64,000 bases of DNA from NCBI GenBank assembly GCA_012295275.1, contig CM022674.1:17112001-17176000 (forward strand). The letters run 5' to 3'. Within the stretch, counting starts at the first letter, position 1; each line of letters opens with the position of its first letter. The translations under genes were made by a program, and so were the position numbers. Below are positions 19,381 to 34,872 of the stretch, piece by piece. This stretch comes from Chrysomallon squamiferum (lineage: Eukaryota; Animalia; Mollusca). The notes beneath the pieces were generated by a model. That model saw nothing but the letters and a program-made list of their open reading frames with translations, was not told the origin of the DNA and searched no databases.

Positions 19381-20910
19381 TCTTCAGTGAATAATAATTG
19401 CCTCTCTATGGAGACCAGTTGATGCCTACAGCAAAGAGGTTATTGGTTCCGTTGAGGTACGGACGGTTCAGATTGGCATAATGACAGTCGTTGTACCACC
19501 AGCCTCCCTTACAACCCCTAGCACATGCGTTTCCATTGTCCTCTGTAGAGAATCTCATACCATTGTGACGAACGTTATCCGTTTTAGTGTTTATCAAGGC
19601 ATCACCTACAAGTAAATATTCTATAATTATCAGAATCACATTCGTGTCAATCAGTTTTCTAACATAAAACACCAGTATCAACGACTACGAATACGATGAT
19701 GACACTATTCTTTAAACGTAAGGTTTAAAACTAGCTTAATGTTTGTTCTTTTCAGTGAGGTAACCGGTACAGATATTTCGTTTTGTCTACATGTTTAAAT
19801 GTGGTACTTTGTTTGTGAGCTGGAGATATTTTTGTACGTTTTATGTTTTCTGTTCTGCTTTTAGCCGATTCCTGAAGGTCGTGTAGGAAATGACTCTCAA
19901 TGGTAACCACTGCTGTTTTAAAAATGTGGTTGAGACCCATGATCGACGTCTAACAAGTCTCAACAATTCTCTCGCCTCTCTTGTTGTTGTCTTACAGGGA
20001 TTCCCATGTGTTGGACAATGTTTAAATCCTGTTTTTATAGCTCTGTCTTTGTCATGAAATGATAGATATACTGCGCCAAAGTTGACATCCAAATAGTTTG
20101 AGGAGAGTTCCTGGATCTCTCATGCCAATAATTTGCCACCTTGTAGCCTCTGACAATTTACAACGTGCCAATTTACCAGTCACGGTTCTGAATATTCAAT
20201 ACAAACTGACAGCACATGGCATAAACTTGATTTCAGCAAGTATGACATATCGCGAGGACTGTTTTACAAGAACAAAAAAATACTTTGTTTTTTCTAAATT
20301 CAGATATGAACTGTTTGCAGATAAATTTAATATAAATTTAATAATTAGTCGATTATTTTTATTGTTATTGTCATTGTTCGGGTTGTTTTAGAAATGTATT
20401 ATAATTGAATGTATTTGATTATTTGTTTATTCATTCATTCATTTATTTATTTTTTTTTTTTTTTTGTTTTGTTTTTTTTAGAAGATTCTTATTATTATTA
20501 GCATGATTTCTGTTCTTGTTGTTGTATTTATTTATTTCAAATTACTTGGATTTCCGCTGTATTTTTCAACTGATAATCGATAAAAATCAGCTTCTCCAGT
20601 TATCGAGAAAGTTTTGTAGACAGCAAAAGTCGTGTTTCCTTCGAAATTTTCCAAGACAAGTTTCAGATCGTAGTAACCTTGACTGGACAACAGATCTATG
20701 TTCTGATTGCCTAGCAAGATAAATCAAATCGATAATCGATAAATCCACTGTCCAGTGAATGAACATTATATTTGTGAACTTACTCACTTAATTCACTAAC
20801 TTTTTAATATACATATTTTAATTATTTATTACTAATTACCTACCTAACCAGAATTCTTTAGTTAATGAACCAAATACGTTTTCTGGTCCGTCTGTCCGTC
20901 TATGAAATAA
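19332..20910 (-). pseudogene. Fibrinogen-related domain (FReD) gene, 3' half (exons 3-5)
   Basis: Exons 20910-20844 (FHRRTDG..EFWL, 30-bp deletion), 20710-20546 (GNQNI..YDLKLVLENFEGN..AVY..F.I.GEADFYRL), 19605-19332 (HNGMRFST..GGWWYNDCHYANLN..GINWSP*RGNYYSLK..MKIRP); premature TAG at 19406-19408. Confidence 0.9.
19753..20300 (-). mobile_element. Tc1/mariner transposase N-terminal (HTH) remnant in a FReD intron
   Basis: LSEATRWQIIGM...GNPCKTTTREARELLRLVRRR..ST..LKQQW...IS.TTFRNRL resembles the Tc1 GRPRKTT...DR/HTH region; frameshifted; absent from the paralogous intron at ~30.9-31.4 kb. Confidence 0.65.
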
Positions 20911-21059
20911 CTGAAAACATAGGTCCCTTATCTGCTTAAAACATTCATGAATAAAACAAAACGGAAAGGAAAAGAAATAGACGAAACACAGAGAAAATAT
21001 ATCAATTGAAAACGATAAAAAAATAATAATGATAATAAAAGCATTCCTCAAAGTTACAA

Positions 21060-22420
21060 CTGCTAGTAATAATAGTAGTAGTACTGGAAATAGTAGGGCT
21101 AGTAATAATTGTAATATTAGTATTGGTACTGGAAAAAGTATTGGAAGTAATAATAGTAGTACTGGAAATGGTAGGGTTAGTAATAATAGTTGTGGAAACG
21201 TAGGGCTACTAATAATATTAGTAGTAATGGAAATGGTAGGGCTAGTAATATTAGTACTAGTAGTAATAGAAATAATAAGGCTAGTAATAATTGTTGTGGA
21301 AATAGTAGCGCTAGTAATGATAGTGATACTGGAAATAGTAGGGCTACTAAAAATAGTAATAGTAGTATTGGAAATAGTAGGGCTAGTAATAATAGTAGTA
21401 GTAATGGAAATAGTAGGGCTAGTAATAATTGTAGTATTGGTACTGGAAAAAAAGTATTTGAAGTAATAACAGTAGTACTGGAAATAGTAGGGCTAATAAT
21501 AACAGTAGTACTGGATATAGTAGATTTACTAATAATAGCAGTAGTACTAATGGAAAAAGTAGGGCTACTAATAATAGTAGTAGTACTGGACATAGTAGGG
21601 CTAATAATAAAAGTAGTATTGGAAATAGTAGGGCTAGTAATAATAGTAATAATAGAAATAATAGGGCTAGTAATAATTGTTGTGGAAATAGTACAGCTAG
21701 TAATAATTGTAGTAATGCATATAGTAGGGGTAGTAATACTTGTAATATTAGTATTGGTACTGGAAAAAGTATTGGAAGTAATAATAGTAGTACTGGAAAT
21801 GGTAGGGCTAGTAATAATATTATTACTAGTAATGGAAATAGTAGCGCTAATAATAGTATTATTGGAAATAGTAGGGCTAATAGTAATAGTAGTATTGGAA
21901 ATCGTAGGGCTAGTAATACTAGTAATAATAGAAATAATAGGGCTAGTAATAATTGTAGTAATGCTTATAGTGGGGCTAGTAATAATTGTAATATTAGTAT
22001 TGGTACTGGAAAAAGTATTGGAAGTAATAATAGTAGTACTGGAAATAGTAGGGCTAGTAATAATAGTAATAGTAGTATTGGAAATAGTAGGGCCAGGAAT
22101 AATAGTAAAAATAGTTGTGGAAATAGTAGGGCTAGTAATAATAGTTGTGGAAATAGTAATAATAGTAGTAATGGAAATAGTTGGGCTAGTAATAATAGTA
22201 GTACTGGAAATAGTAGGGTAGTAATAATAGTAATAATAGTTGTGGAAATAGAAGGGCTAGTAATAATAGTAGTAGTAATGGAAATAGTGGGGCTAATAAT
22301 AATAGTAGTATTGGAAATAGTAGGGCTAGTAATAATAGTAGTGGAAATAGTAGGGCTAGTAATAATAGTAGTAGTACTGGAAATATTAGGGCTAGTAATA
22401 TTAGTGGTACTGAAAAATGT
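21060..22420 (+). repeat. Minisatellite, core CTGGAAATAGTAGGGCTAGTAATAAT(AGT)n, ~1.35 kb
   Basis: Dozens of ~27-39-bp units; same family as 15083-15292, 16031-16425 and 47160-47338. Confidence 0.95.
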
Positions 22421-22559
22421 TCTGCTATTAGACACGTGAAATAAATAATAATAAATTTTGTTTTATTTTATTTTAAATTTTATTAAAGCAAACGGAGAAA
22501 ATACAAAACAGACGTGCGAAATACAAAACCAGATACATTTTGTGTTACAATCATTTGTT

Positions 22560-23182
22560 TTTCATCTGTGGACACAAAACTAACAGTTTTATGGATCACC
22601 ATAGGTTGTTTACCTTTTCTTGCAACTTCCACCTTATTACCTTATAACAAAGATTTGATGGTGTCCATAGTTGGTTGATAAATGTTACATTCATCAACAA
22701 GAATAATCTTTTTATTCACGCAGGACTCGAAACCAAATGAGCGTCTTTACGTGCTCGTCCAACTACAATGATTGTAAAATCGTGAATGGTTCAATCATCC
22801 AATACGATTTACCTGTTGTGGATTCTCCAATCAAGGAGACACAGTAACGGTCAGTATCACGTTTTCGAAGAATGGATACTATTTTTCGTGCAACTTTGAT
22901 ACCACCAATTTGAGCATGACAACACCAATATAGAAAATCCATCATGCTTTCTTCAGGTTCAGCCAAATCTAAATCATTTGGAGGTTCCCATGTTCTCAAA
23001 TAGTCAATAATGGACACTTTCGGATCAACTTTAGAATTCACAATTTCAAGTTGTGACTTGAAAACTCTCTCAAATGAAATATCACTCATGATAAAAGTGA
23101 ATCAACCAAGTGGTTGATTTTCTCCAGGTATTGTACTAATTTCATTTGCTTCTTGTTTGTAATTTCTAACCCAAGTAAATAA
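22560..23182 (-). mobile_element. NS1: Endogenous parvovirus-like NS1 fragment (SF3 helicase), degraded
   Basis: Walker A CVSLIGESTTGKS in ORF 23089-22763; after frameshifts FGFESCVNKKIILVDE (Walker B), TIKSLL*GNKVEVARKGKQPMVI (B'), KTVSFVST (motif C region). Intronless, with stops and frameshifts. Confidence 0.85.
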
Positions 23183-23577
23183 TTGTTCTCTGGTTGTTTC
23201 TTTCTTTTCTTTTCTGATTTTTTATATATTTTTTCTTTTCTTTTCTTTCTTTCTTTCTTCTCTTCTTTTCCTTTTCTTTCTTTCTTTCTTTCTTTCTTTC
23301 TTTTCTTTTCTCTTTATTTTTGCTGGGGGAGGGACTTTTTTTTTTTTTTTTCGTTTTCTCTGATTACTGCACCTTGTCTGGGGTTTTTTGTTTCTCTTTT
23401 TCTTCCTTTATTTTATTTTATTTTATTTTTTTTTTTTTTTTTGAATTCTGATATCAGTTCAAGGCTAATGCTTCTCAAAAGGCCCAAGTATTTACAAAGG
23501 TGGGCAACTTAAATTACAAACAGAGCATAAAAATAAACTACCTGAACCAAGCAACATATATCATGTGTCCATGGTGA

Positions 23578-23625
<48 letters not shown>

Positions 23626-23873
23626 TACTAATACTACTATTACTACTGTAGCAACAGCAGTAGTAGAAACAGTATAGGAGTAAGAATAGCAGTAATACTG
23701 TCAATACTGATAGTAGTTGTTGTTGCTGTTGTTCCAGCTGTAAAAGCATGAATACTGCAGCAGCAACATTAATTGTAGTAGTATTACCATTAATATTAGT
23801 AGTAGTAGTAGCAGTAGAAAAGTAGTAGTAGTAGTAATAGAAGTGGTAATATATTTATTATGATTATTATTAC

Positions 23874-23937
<64 letters not shown>

Positions 23938-23944
23938 CATTTAC

Positions 23945-25424
23945 CTGAATTATTGACATTCAAACAGCCATTTGGACAACAGCACAGGTGATGAAGTTCT
24001 GCTGTCTATAAACAAATAAATATATTTGAAAAATGCATCCAGTAAAGTAATAAATTTAAAAAATAATGAATACAGCAACAAAACATGAATGGACAGAAAA
24101 TTATTGTATTTTCAACAAAGCTTGCATGTGAAGCAAAACAAAATGGAGAAGAAGAAAAAATGTCTTTTAGTTTATACTTCCTAATGAATGCACATGTTTA
24201 AAATCTCGCATTTTAAAATTATTAACCTTATAAAGAGTGCCAAAAATTCCTATTTTCAAATTCCAAAATTTACAATTATTATTTTTGATGTTTAATATTA
24301 ACACTATTTTTAAAATACTTTATGTGAACTTCCCACATTTTACATTTAAAATTACATACCACATTTCCAACACCAGAATCTTCAATAATTTTAAACAAAC
24401 CATCATCAGGCTCTTTTCTCGTTGCATCACAAATTAACTTAATTATTGTTTTCCTTTGTTGCACTAATCAAAAAAAAAAAAAAAATGTTTAAATAAATAT
24501 ATAAATAAATTAATGTTACTCTTTTTATTTACAATTTTTTTTTAAATATTACTTTTGATGCTTGTGTGTGTGGATGTGTGTGTGTCGCCAATGTTTATAA
24601 ATATGAAATTTTGTAAATTATATACATTGAAAATAAAAGTATGTTGTTATGCTTATAAATATCAGACTAGTATCTATCGAATGCAATAAAACTATTTTTA
24701 TATATATTTATAAATCAAACATGTACACATTAAAAATTAATTTTTATTATTTAAAAATGATATCTGCAAGTATTTATATACTTTAAAAGCAAATTATTTT
24801 TATTTACAAATATTAAATTTACATATATAGCAATCTGAAAGACCATAAATTCAAATATTCACAAATATAAGATCTTTTTTACCTGTATATTCAATAAAAA
24901 TAAATTCTAATAATTTATTTATGAATATATTGAATATGTTTGTTAATTCAAATACAACTGAAACATTATTTAGTTTAGAAATATGAGATTTACATCTATA
25001 TATATCAAGCAAAAACAAATTTTAGTATTTGTTAACATGAAATATGTACAGTTCTGTATGTAACAAAACTAATTAATTCTGATTATAAATACTGAATTGT
25101 TTATAAAATTCATAATTTTATTTTTGTTTTTAATATTATGAACAGAAAATGTGTCTGTATCTGTATTCAGTAAAAACAAATACTTTTTTCATTGTACATA
25201 ATAATGAAATTTGTACATGCTTATAAATCTAGTGAAAATAAATTCAAATATTTATCTACATACTATCTGCATGTACCTATCAGGATTAAGAACAAATTTC
25301 AAATCTTTGCTACGTGTAATCTTCAAATCAAATATATTTAGATAAATAAATTAAAATTTTAACATACTTTCAATAAAACCATGTTCTTTTGTTCTTCTTC
25401 TTATTATTATTAATATTATTATTG

Positions 25425-25470
<46 letters not shown>

Positions 25471-27193
25471 TACTACTACTACTAAAAGTAGCAGAAATAG
25501 CATGATTATTATTTATTTTTTTAATCATCATCATCATCATCATCATTACTGATCTTATTATAATTTCTAAATGTAACTGTACATACATAAATTAAAAACA
25601 AATTCTTATATCGATAAAACCTAAAATGAAATTTAAGAAACGTTGCTGTATATTTCCAATTACTAAATACAATAATGATCCACTGATAAATATGAAGTGT
25701 GTAAGTACTTGTCTCCAGTAAAGACCAGTGCTGAGTTGGTGTGGTTGTTCCTCATATCTTGAATGACTCGGAACTTGGCGTAGTTCTGCAAACCAAGAGT
25801 AAAATATTGTTTCTGTTCTTTGATGTTGAACTTACATACCTGATCAAAAAAAAAAATAGATGAAACATTTTGCAGTTGACAGTTAAACACTAATTAATCA
25901 TTATAGAAACACAGAGCAAAAATGTGTGTAAGTGAAAGACAGACAGTGAAAGGGAGAAAGAAAGAAAGGTATAAACAGGGAAAAAGAAATACTGATGGAG
26001 AATGAGAAACAGAAAACATGTGAGAGATATAGAAATAGAGTGATAGAGAATAAGACAGAGACAGTGAGAGAGACAGAGAGAAAGTGAGATAGAGTAATAT
26101 ACGGGGTAGCAAATGATAGACAAAGAGAGAAAGTATATTGGTCATTTCATAATAAATAAAAAAATATTAAGAAATAGATCTACACAAAATGCATTGAAAA
26201 TATTTTCTCACAATTACTTCATAAATAATTTTCAACACAATTTAAATTTTTTATATATATATATATACTTATTTTTTTTTATTTTTTTTATTTTTTTTTT
26301 AAATTTGAAATGTTTGATTGGTTACCAACAAAATAATACTTTGACAGGTCATGGTAAAGAAAAGAATTGGTGGTGTGAAATATGAAACATAATAACCACA
26401 ATAAACAACAACAAAAATTGAAATTGTAAATAGTAAAATCCTGTTTTATTATGTGATGTTAACACCACAATATTGCTGAGAATGATAATGTTGATGATGA
26501 AGATAATAATTATGATGATTATCTTGATCAGAATAATAATGCTGCTGATGATGATGATTATAATAATAGATTATGGTCAAGATCATAATCGTGGTTGAAT
26601 GTTACCAGTGCTAGCAGTGTTGGTAGTCATAGTAATAATGTTCTTGTGGTTGTGGTTTAACAGAACATGGTAAAGTTAGTGTTTGTGTTAGTGGTTTTGA
26701 CTATAAGACCAGTTACAAAACAGCTTTGAAGAATAAGTATATTCAGTTTTAAATAATATGTCAGAATACAAAGTAATAATTTCAGTCAAAATGCATTTTA
26801 ATTTTGTTACGATTTATTTATTTAGCTATTATTTTTCTTCTTCAGATTTATTTATAAAATACATTTATTTATTTATTCAATTTATTTTAAAGAAAAAATC
26901 CTGTTTTAATTATTTACAAAAAGTACGACAGTGTAGTTAACTTAATTTAGATGTGCTTGCATAACAAAAATAAGAAGCAGCATTTATAAAAATTCGTATA
27001 CATTACAAAAATCTGCATGCATTACCTCGGCAAGCCATCACTGCGTTGTAAACTTTTCAAATCAATTATGTCTCTTGTGCTTATAACCAGTTTACATGAG
27101 CCTAAACGGGACAGCTACATAGTCATTAGAAACGGCAGATTCAGGTGAATTAATCAGCATAAAGACGACAAAACTAATGATTAGCGAACTCAT
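23945..27193 (-). pseudogene. Signal peptide + MRH (mannose-6-phosphate receptor homology)-like domain gene fragment
   Basis: Exons 27193-27026 (MSSLIISFVVFMLI.., frameshift, SCKLV..IIDLKSLQRSDGLPR), 25839-~25700 (VCKF..YFTLG..AKF..LVFTG; donor uncertain), 24463-24360 (RKTIIKLICD), 24005-23945 (TAELHHLCCCPNGC). Order of motifs fits MRH; the expected Y-x-YNPC exon was not found. Confidence 0.6.
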
Positions 27194-27334
27194 CGCATTT
27201 CTTCTCACATACGAGAGTTCCGATAACAACCACCGATCGGAAACTGCTGGTGTGATGTCACTGTCCAACATTTACTAAAATCGGGTCATAAGCTGAATTA
27301 GGACAGGTCGTCCTGTCAAAAATTACGCTTCTTG

Positions 27335-27400
27335 AAATTCATTGGTTAACGTATTTTTAAAAATGACCGACCGAATCTGCAATAAACCACGCCCAATATG
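27335..27400. promoter_or_regulatory. Candidate promoter of the MRH-like gene (CCAAT boxes, GC box)
   Basis: ATTGG at 27341 and CCACGCCCAAT at ~27387-27397, 150-200 bp upstream of the ATG at 27193. Confidence 0.35.
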
Positions 27401-27811
27401 ATTGTTATTTTAAATACGTGCTCTTAATCCTTGGCTAGAAGCAAGTGTAAATATTTCAAATAGGATTAAAGATATTTTGTACTGATTAATTGTAGTTATG
27501 TAATTTAAATGTAATAATGCCACAGAGACAGCAGCACTCAAAAATTAAGCTAAATGTTTTTCTTTGGTTCTTGTTTTAAATTTCATGCGGATGGTTGATG
27601 AAGGGAAGCAACCAGTAAAGTGTATATGATGAAAGCTGTTGAAGTTAAATCCCTTTGACATAAGGATTGAGCTGGCAGTATAATAATTTTATATTTTTCT
27701 TTTTCTTTTTCTTTTTTTTGTTAGTTTAGTTAACAGATTGGTATTATATTTATTAGTTTTTTTTTTTTTCTTCTTTGTTTTATGTTTTATTTGAGGTGTC
27801 GATTATGGTGT

Positions 27812-27855
<44 letters not shown>

Positions 27856-28410
27856 TCCTTTGTCACAAAAAAGATTAAACGAATATTACGAAGAAGGAAA
27901 AGAAGAAATAGCATTTAATATGATCAGCTTGTCATTAGGCCTATACATTTTATTTTATTTCATTTTATTTTATCTTCATTGTATAGTTTAATTTTAATGT
28001 AGTTATGTGTGAAAATACAAGTTTTCTCATTAAGCAATATCCAAACACATTTGAAAGAGTAATAACCCCAAATCACAGCGACAGGGAACGATCACCCAAC
28101 ATTCAGCACGATATACTCTTAATTTTCAGATGTCACTATAGTTTCAATAGATCACGTGAACAAGGACAGCAACACGTGTTTAAAGTGGCCTGTTCATAGT
28201 GTTTTCAACAATGGACATATAGATCGATTGGTATTAACTCCAGATGCTTTCCGCAATAAATATTAAAATCCAGTTTAATACGTCCACAGCTGCACGACAT
28301 TACAACGGCGGAATTCGGGCCAAATAAAAAAGCGCTAAATTCATTACGATTTACATGGTATGAATGGCCTAAATATTGAAGTATTTCATTTTGTTTGTTT
28401 GAGGTTATTA

Positions 28411-28505
<95 letters not shown>

Positions 28506-29439
28506 TTTTTTTTTTTTTTTTTTGTTTGTTTGTTCTTTTTTTTTTTTTTTTTTTTTTTCTGTTTTGTTTTCATCGAGTTGTCTTGTTTATTTTGTTTTTG
28601 TTCTTTTTGTTCTTTTTTTCCCTTTTTTATTTATTTATTTATTAATTTATTGTCTTTTTTTCTGACTTTCTTTTTTGTGTCTAGAATGACAGTGTATTAT
28701 TCATGGACAGACGATATGACAGGAAGATACTGAATATCAGAAACATTTCTAGCTACAAACAACACCAGGAAATATAGAAATTACAATGAAACTTTTTTTC
28801 GAATGAAAGTTTATCTACATGTTATTAAAAATGGGTAAACCCTGAGTTAAGCCCAACAACATATTAGTTCCAGAAGCGAGATATCTAAGTGAAGTGTGCA
28901 TACAACCCATTCTTAAACTGACACCCTGCATTCTTGATTAACTGCGCAAATACAATTTTCTATCTAGTTATTGATGTCACAAAGGATGTTTTGGCCTTCT
29001 GTCCCTTTCAAATATTTAATAATCGACAATGAAGTAAACCAAACACGTTTATTTAAATAAGTTATGTTACTGAAACAATGACATTTATTATATTAATGTT
29101 GGTATTTCACTGTCTATAAATACCAAGAACCGTAATTATGGATGAACTTATCTGCAACGGTTCAGTGTGTAATCCAGTGTATTTGATGCATTTTTACTAA
29201 TGAAAGCAAATTTTACTAAACAAGAGACAACTACCAAAACATTTTTTGAAAATTCCTGATCCACGACAGTTCACACAATATATGCAACATAACAATACAT
29301 GACTTGTCAACCCTCACAGTCTCTTAACTGGCGTTAAGATCGTAGGTGTCTATATATGTATGTATATGTTTGTGTATGTGTTTTGTGTGGGGTGGGTGTG
29401 TGTGTGGGAAACCTATATATATATATATTACAGTCAATA

Positions 29440-30480
29440 TGTGAATAAAGTCATCTGGTCTAATGCCTGAAATGTTTAGGTTTACCCTAACTCACAAGAC
29501 CGTCAGACATTTGGCCTAATGTCTAAGATTTCCTATAAATAGGCCAAACGACCGAAATAGAACTAAAGTCATTAGGCAAAATGATTGAATGAAAACGAAT
29601 GACTTACAACTGGATGAAGAGATTTATTTCGTAACTCACATAGTAGTGTTCTATTTACTACAGCAGTTCACACGTTTGTTTTCGAAACATACACGTTTTC
29701 TTTGACACCTCTTTTTTCCTCTATAGTTGCATTTCACAATCCTTTGTCCTCCTGCGTAACTCCTTTGACACTTCTGCTCTAAAAGCATTTTGACACATCA
29801 TACAACAAAAGCAGTCTCTGGGAACACACATCAAACTGGTTCCTGGTAGACTGTTCATTGTCATAGGTATCTACAATCACACCCAGCAGGCTCCTGGGGT
29901 CACCACGGCCCCTGTCCACAGCTGGAACAGGCACTGCCACGTTGTCTTTCTCTCCTTCTTCTCCGGCAGACAACACAACGCGACTGCGTTTGATCATCCG
30001 CTCATCTTGCTGAAACTGTTCATCTTCGGCGAATTTTCGCGTGGCGCTGACGTCGTCACAGGAACCCTACTTTCGGCGTCAACTGGTCATCCTCGGAGTG
30101 GGACCGCAGCTGGTCAGACCTGGTGACTTCATCCGTTTGGCGTATCTTGGCCAGTTTCTGTACGTCTGCGCACTGAAGAATTTCAAACGTGGACATGAGG
30201 TAGTAAGTACACGTGGTGTGTTTTTCCCGTGGTCAACAGAGATCTTCTTTAGCTGGTCCATAATCAAGAAGTACTCTTCCTTTGGAATGTACACTCGCTT
30301 GCATAATTCATACTTCTTAAACAGTCTCTCTTAAAGCGGACTTCCAAAAGAACCTCCATTGTGGACAAATAAGTGATCTGAATATATATAGACACACAAA
30401 CATACGCATCGATATGTATACATACATACTTACAATACATACTCACATAGTTATATGTATTATTTTTAATCACCGTTACA
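29440..30480 (-). mobile_element. Internally deleted KRBA2/SCAND3-like (Ginger2/IS481EU-type) integrase transposon
   Basis: DNVAVPVPAVDRGRGDPRSLLGVIV..TRNQFDVC and C-terminal GGQRIVKCN...RC...CFENK..CCSK are typical of this family; N-terminal piece present, DDE core missing; subterminal repeats gtcatt(t)ggcctaatg at 29450-29585. Confidence 0.72.
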
Positions 30481-31024
30481 AACATCCTAAGGGATTAAAT
30501 AAATCATCTTTGTTTTGTTTTCAAAGATAAAACGTTATTTAAAATATTATCATAGTGGGGAATAACGCCTCGCTTGGACATGCCATAAGCAAATTAAAAC
30601 AAAATATATTTAACTATAGCAACCAAAGTTATAAAGCTAAAGTCGTCAAGTTACAATCCATCCAATCCAACAACAGACATATGATTAATTAAAATACATA
30701 AATACATTAATACATAATGATATGAGCCGCCTCCAATTAATGTTCAAATTCTCATTCCTGTTTTAATTCAAAACCGATGATGGTCGAATTGTCATTACAG
30801 TTTCAATTTATAACAGAAGATGTTCAAATTCTCAATCCTGATTTAGTTCAAAACAGAAGTCAGTTTTTCAACATATAACAGCAACAACAACGACTACGAC
30901 TTTTCTCTAAACGTAATTCTTAATACCACCTTAATGTTTCTGTGAGTAAACCGGATTCGCAATAAATATTCCTAAGTATATAGTTTTATCTACATATATA
31001 AGTATATATACATACTTACATCTC

Positions 31025-31061
<37 letters not shown>

Positions 31062-31180
31062 ATATATATATATTGTTTTATATATCTTTAGAAATATTTT
31101 CTTATTTTATATATAATAATGTTTTATCTACCCATAAAAATATATTGTTCTATCTATCTATCTCTCTATCATCTATCTAT

Positions 31181-31270
<90 letters not shown>

Positions 31271-31425
31271 TATTTCATCCATGTAAACAAATATATTATC
31301 TATCGATGTACACTCTATGATTATATATGAATTTTACTATAATATTAATAAAGGTATTACTTAACTGCATTTATTTGTTATTATTTATCTGATATCAGTT
31401 GAAAAATAAAAGGCATTTAAATTAC

Positions 31426-33027
<1,602 letters not shown>

Positions 33028-33692
33028 TTCATAAATGGTAGCAATGTTGAAATGCATGTATCTCTTTTCAGAAATAAATTAATCTAATTACGTATAGAGA
33101 ATTTAATCTTTATTTCAGAGAGCCAAATAAACTAGTAATTTCTTCTACTGTTTTCCAAGACACTGTCACTACCTAACTGAACTCTTCAAATATATTAAGT
33201 GTTTGACACAAGCTTCTGTTTTCAGTCCGCTGTTAAATAAAACCTTTTCTAATAATTCCTGCAGCTTCTCTCGATTCAGCTGAAACATACAGAAGCCAAA
33301 CATAACGGTAATCACATTCGGAGAACAAATATTTTATGCTTTAGTGAATGTGGATCATTTAATTAATAATGAAGTGATTATTGATATTTTTGTGTAAGTT
33401 GTACTGATTCTTTCAATTCATCTGAAAGAAATAGAAGGCGAACAGAATTGTTTATTCGTATAACAGTCATAAGGGAAACGATCATTTGAAATATGATTTG
33501 TTCTGTCTTGCTTCAGCGATTGGTTTAGGGCGAAGTGTTTGTTATCTTTCCTTTTGTTGCTGTATCTTTGTGGGTTTTTGTTACTGAGGGGAGTGTGTCT
33601 TTATATGGTTGTTTTGTTTATTGGTTACTGAGTCATTTTGTTGCTTTTGTTGTTGCTTTTGTTGTTTGTAAGTGTATATCGTGTTGGATCTT

Positions 33693-33875
33693 GTAGGTTT
33701 AGAGGAAGCTAATATGTACATCTTATTAAATTTTTTAGTAATAGTAATTATAGTAATAGTATAGTAGGTTTAGAGGAAGCTAGTATGTACATATTGTTAA
33801 TTTTTTAGAAGTAGTAATTGTAGTAACAGTAAAGTAGGTTTAGATGTAGCTAGTATCAACATTTTGTTAATTTTG
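33693..33875. repeat. ~70-bp tandem repeat, about 2.6 copies
   Basis: gtaggtttag at 33693, 33764, 33834. Confidence 0.8.
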
Positions 33876-33910
33876 TTCTAATGTCACTAAACAAAAGTCA
33901 GATCAAATCA

Positions 33911-34138
33911 CCTTTTCATACTGCTGATTGTGAAAATGAGTCCATTCCATGGGATAAAAGTTATATCCCCCAGAAATGTTCTCGGACTGACTGGGATTTG
34001 AACGAGATCTTCACCCCGCACATTTTCCCATATCAACAGCGTCTGAATTACAAAATAAATAAATAAATAAAATAAAAATATATAAATAAAGAAAGAAAGA
34101 AACAAACAAACAAACAAACAAACAAACAAACAAACAAA

Positions 34139-34181
<43 letters not shown>

Positions 34182-34872
34182 GTATAGTCAAGATACACCG
34201 ACATTTAACAGGATTAATTATGTCTGTTTTTTTTTTTTTTTTATTATTATTATTATATTTGTTAAGGTCTCCGTCTCTCTGTTCTGGTCATACTCGTTAA
34301 TTCTCTCTTTCTTTCACTACTTTTTTTTCTTTCTATCTCTCTCTCTATCTCACAAACGTGTTTCAGAAATTTCCAGGAATGAAAAGTAAGAAAGAGGAGA
34401 CTACCGGTGACAAAATGAAGAAGAACACCACCACCACCAACAACCACAGTAATAAGAACAACAACAGCAGCAGCAACAACAATCGCTACTACTCATAACA
34501 TTGTACCGTTATTACTACTATAACTACAGCGAATTTACCAAATACTACTGTTTCTACTACAACTACTACTACTATTACAGTTACTAATTCTGAAACCACC
34601 ACAACTATAACTAGTATCACTTACTACCACTACTTTTACTACTGTTGCTTTTGCTACTGCTACTACTATTACTGCTGCTGCTACTACTGCTACTACTGTT
34701 TCAACTACTTCATTTCTGGGTCAACGTACAGACGTTTCAAATTGGCTCCATTTTCTGTTAGAACTTTCCTTTGTTTGCCACCTTGAAGGTCGATGAACTC
34801 TATAATGTTGCCATCGGAATAATAGTCTACGATTTTTACTATCCAGTGCTGTATCAGAAATCTGCGGAAGGT
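33911..34872 (-). pseudogene. YWTD/LDLR class B beta-propeller-like exon remnants
   Basis: 34872-~34709: ISDTALDSKNRRL/YYSDGNIIEFIDLQGGKQRKVL...LYVDPE (one frameshift); 34042-33912: GDITFIPWNGLIF; both bounded by AG/GT. Confidence 0.4.

Noticed and set aside
21190-22221. 343-aa hydrophobic ORF (LEIVGLVIIVVV repeats) and similar ORFs at 15050-15306, 16216-16467, 21029-22439
   Set aside because: Translation of a triplet-built minisatellite; open frames on both strands follow from its composition, with no start context or splice evidence.
28205-28360. Cys-containing peptide (MSCSCGR...YCGKH) on the minus strand
   Set aside because: Short, no recognisable domain or exon partners.
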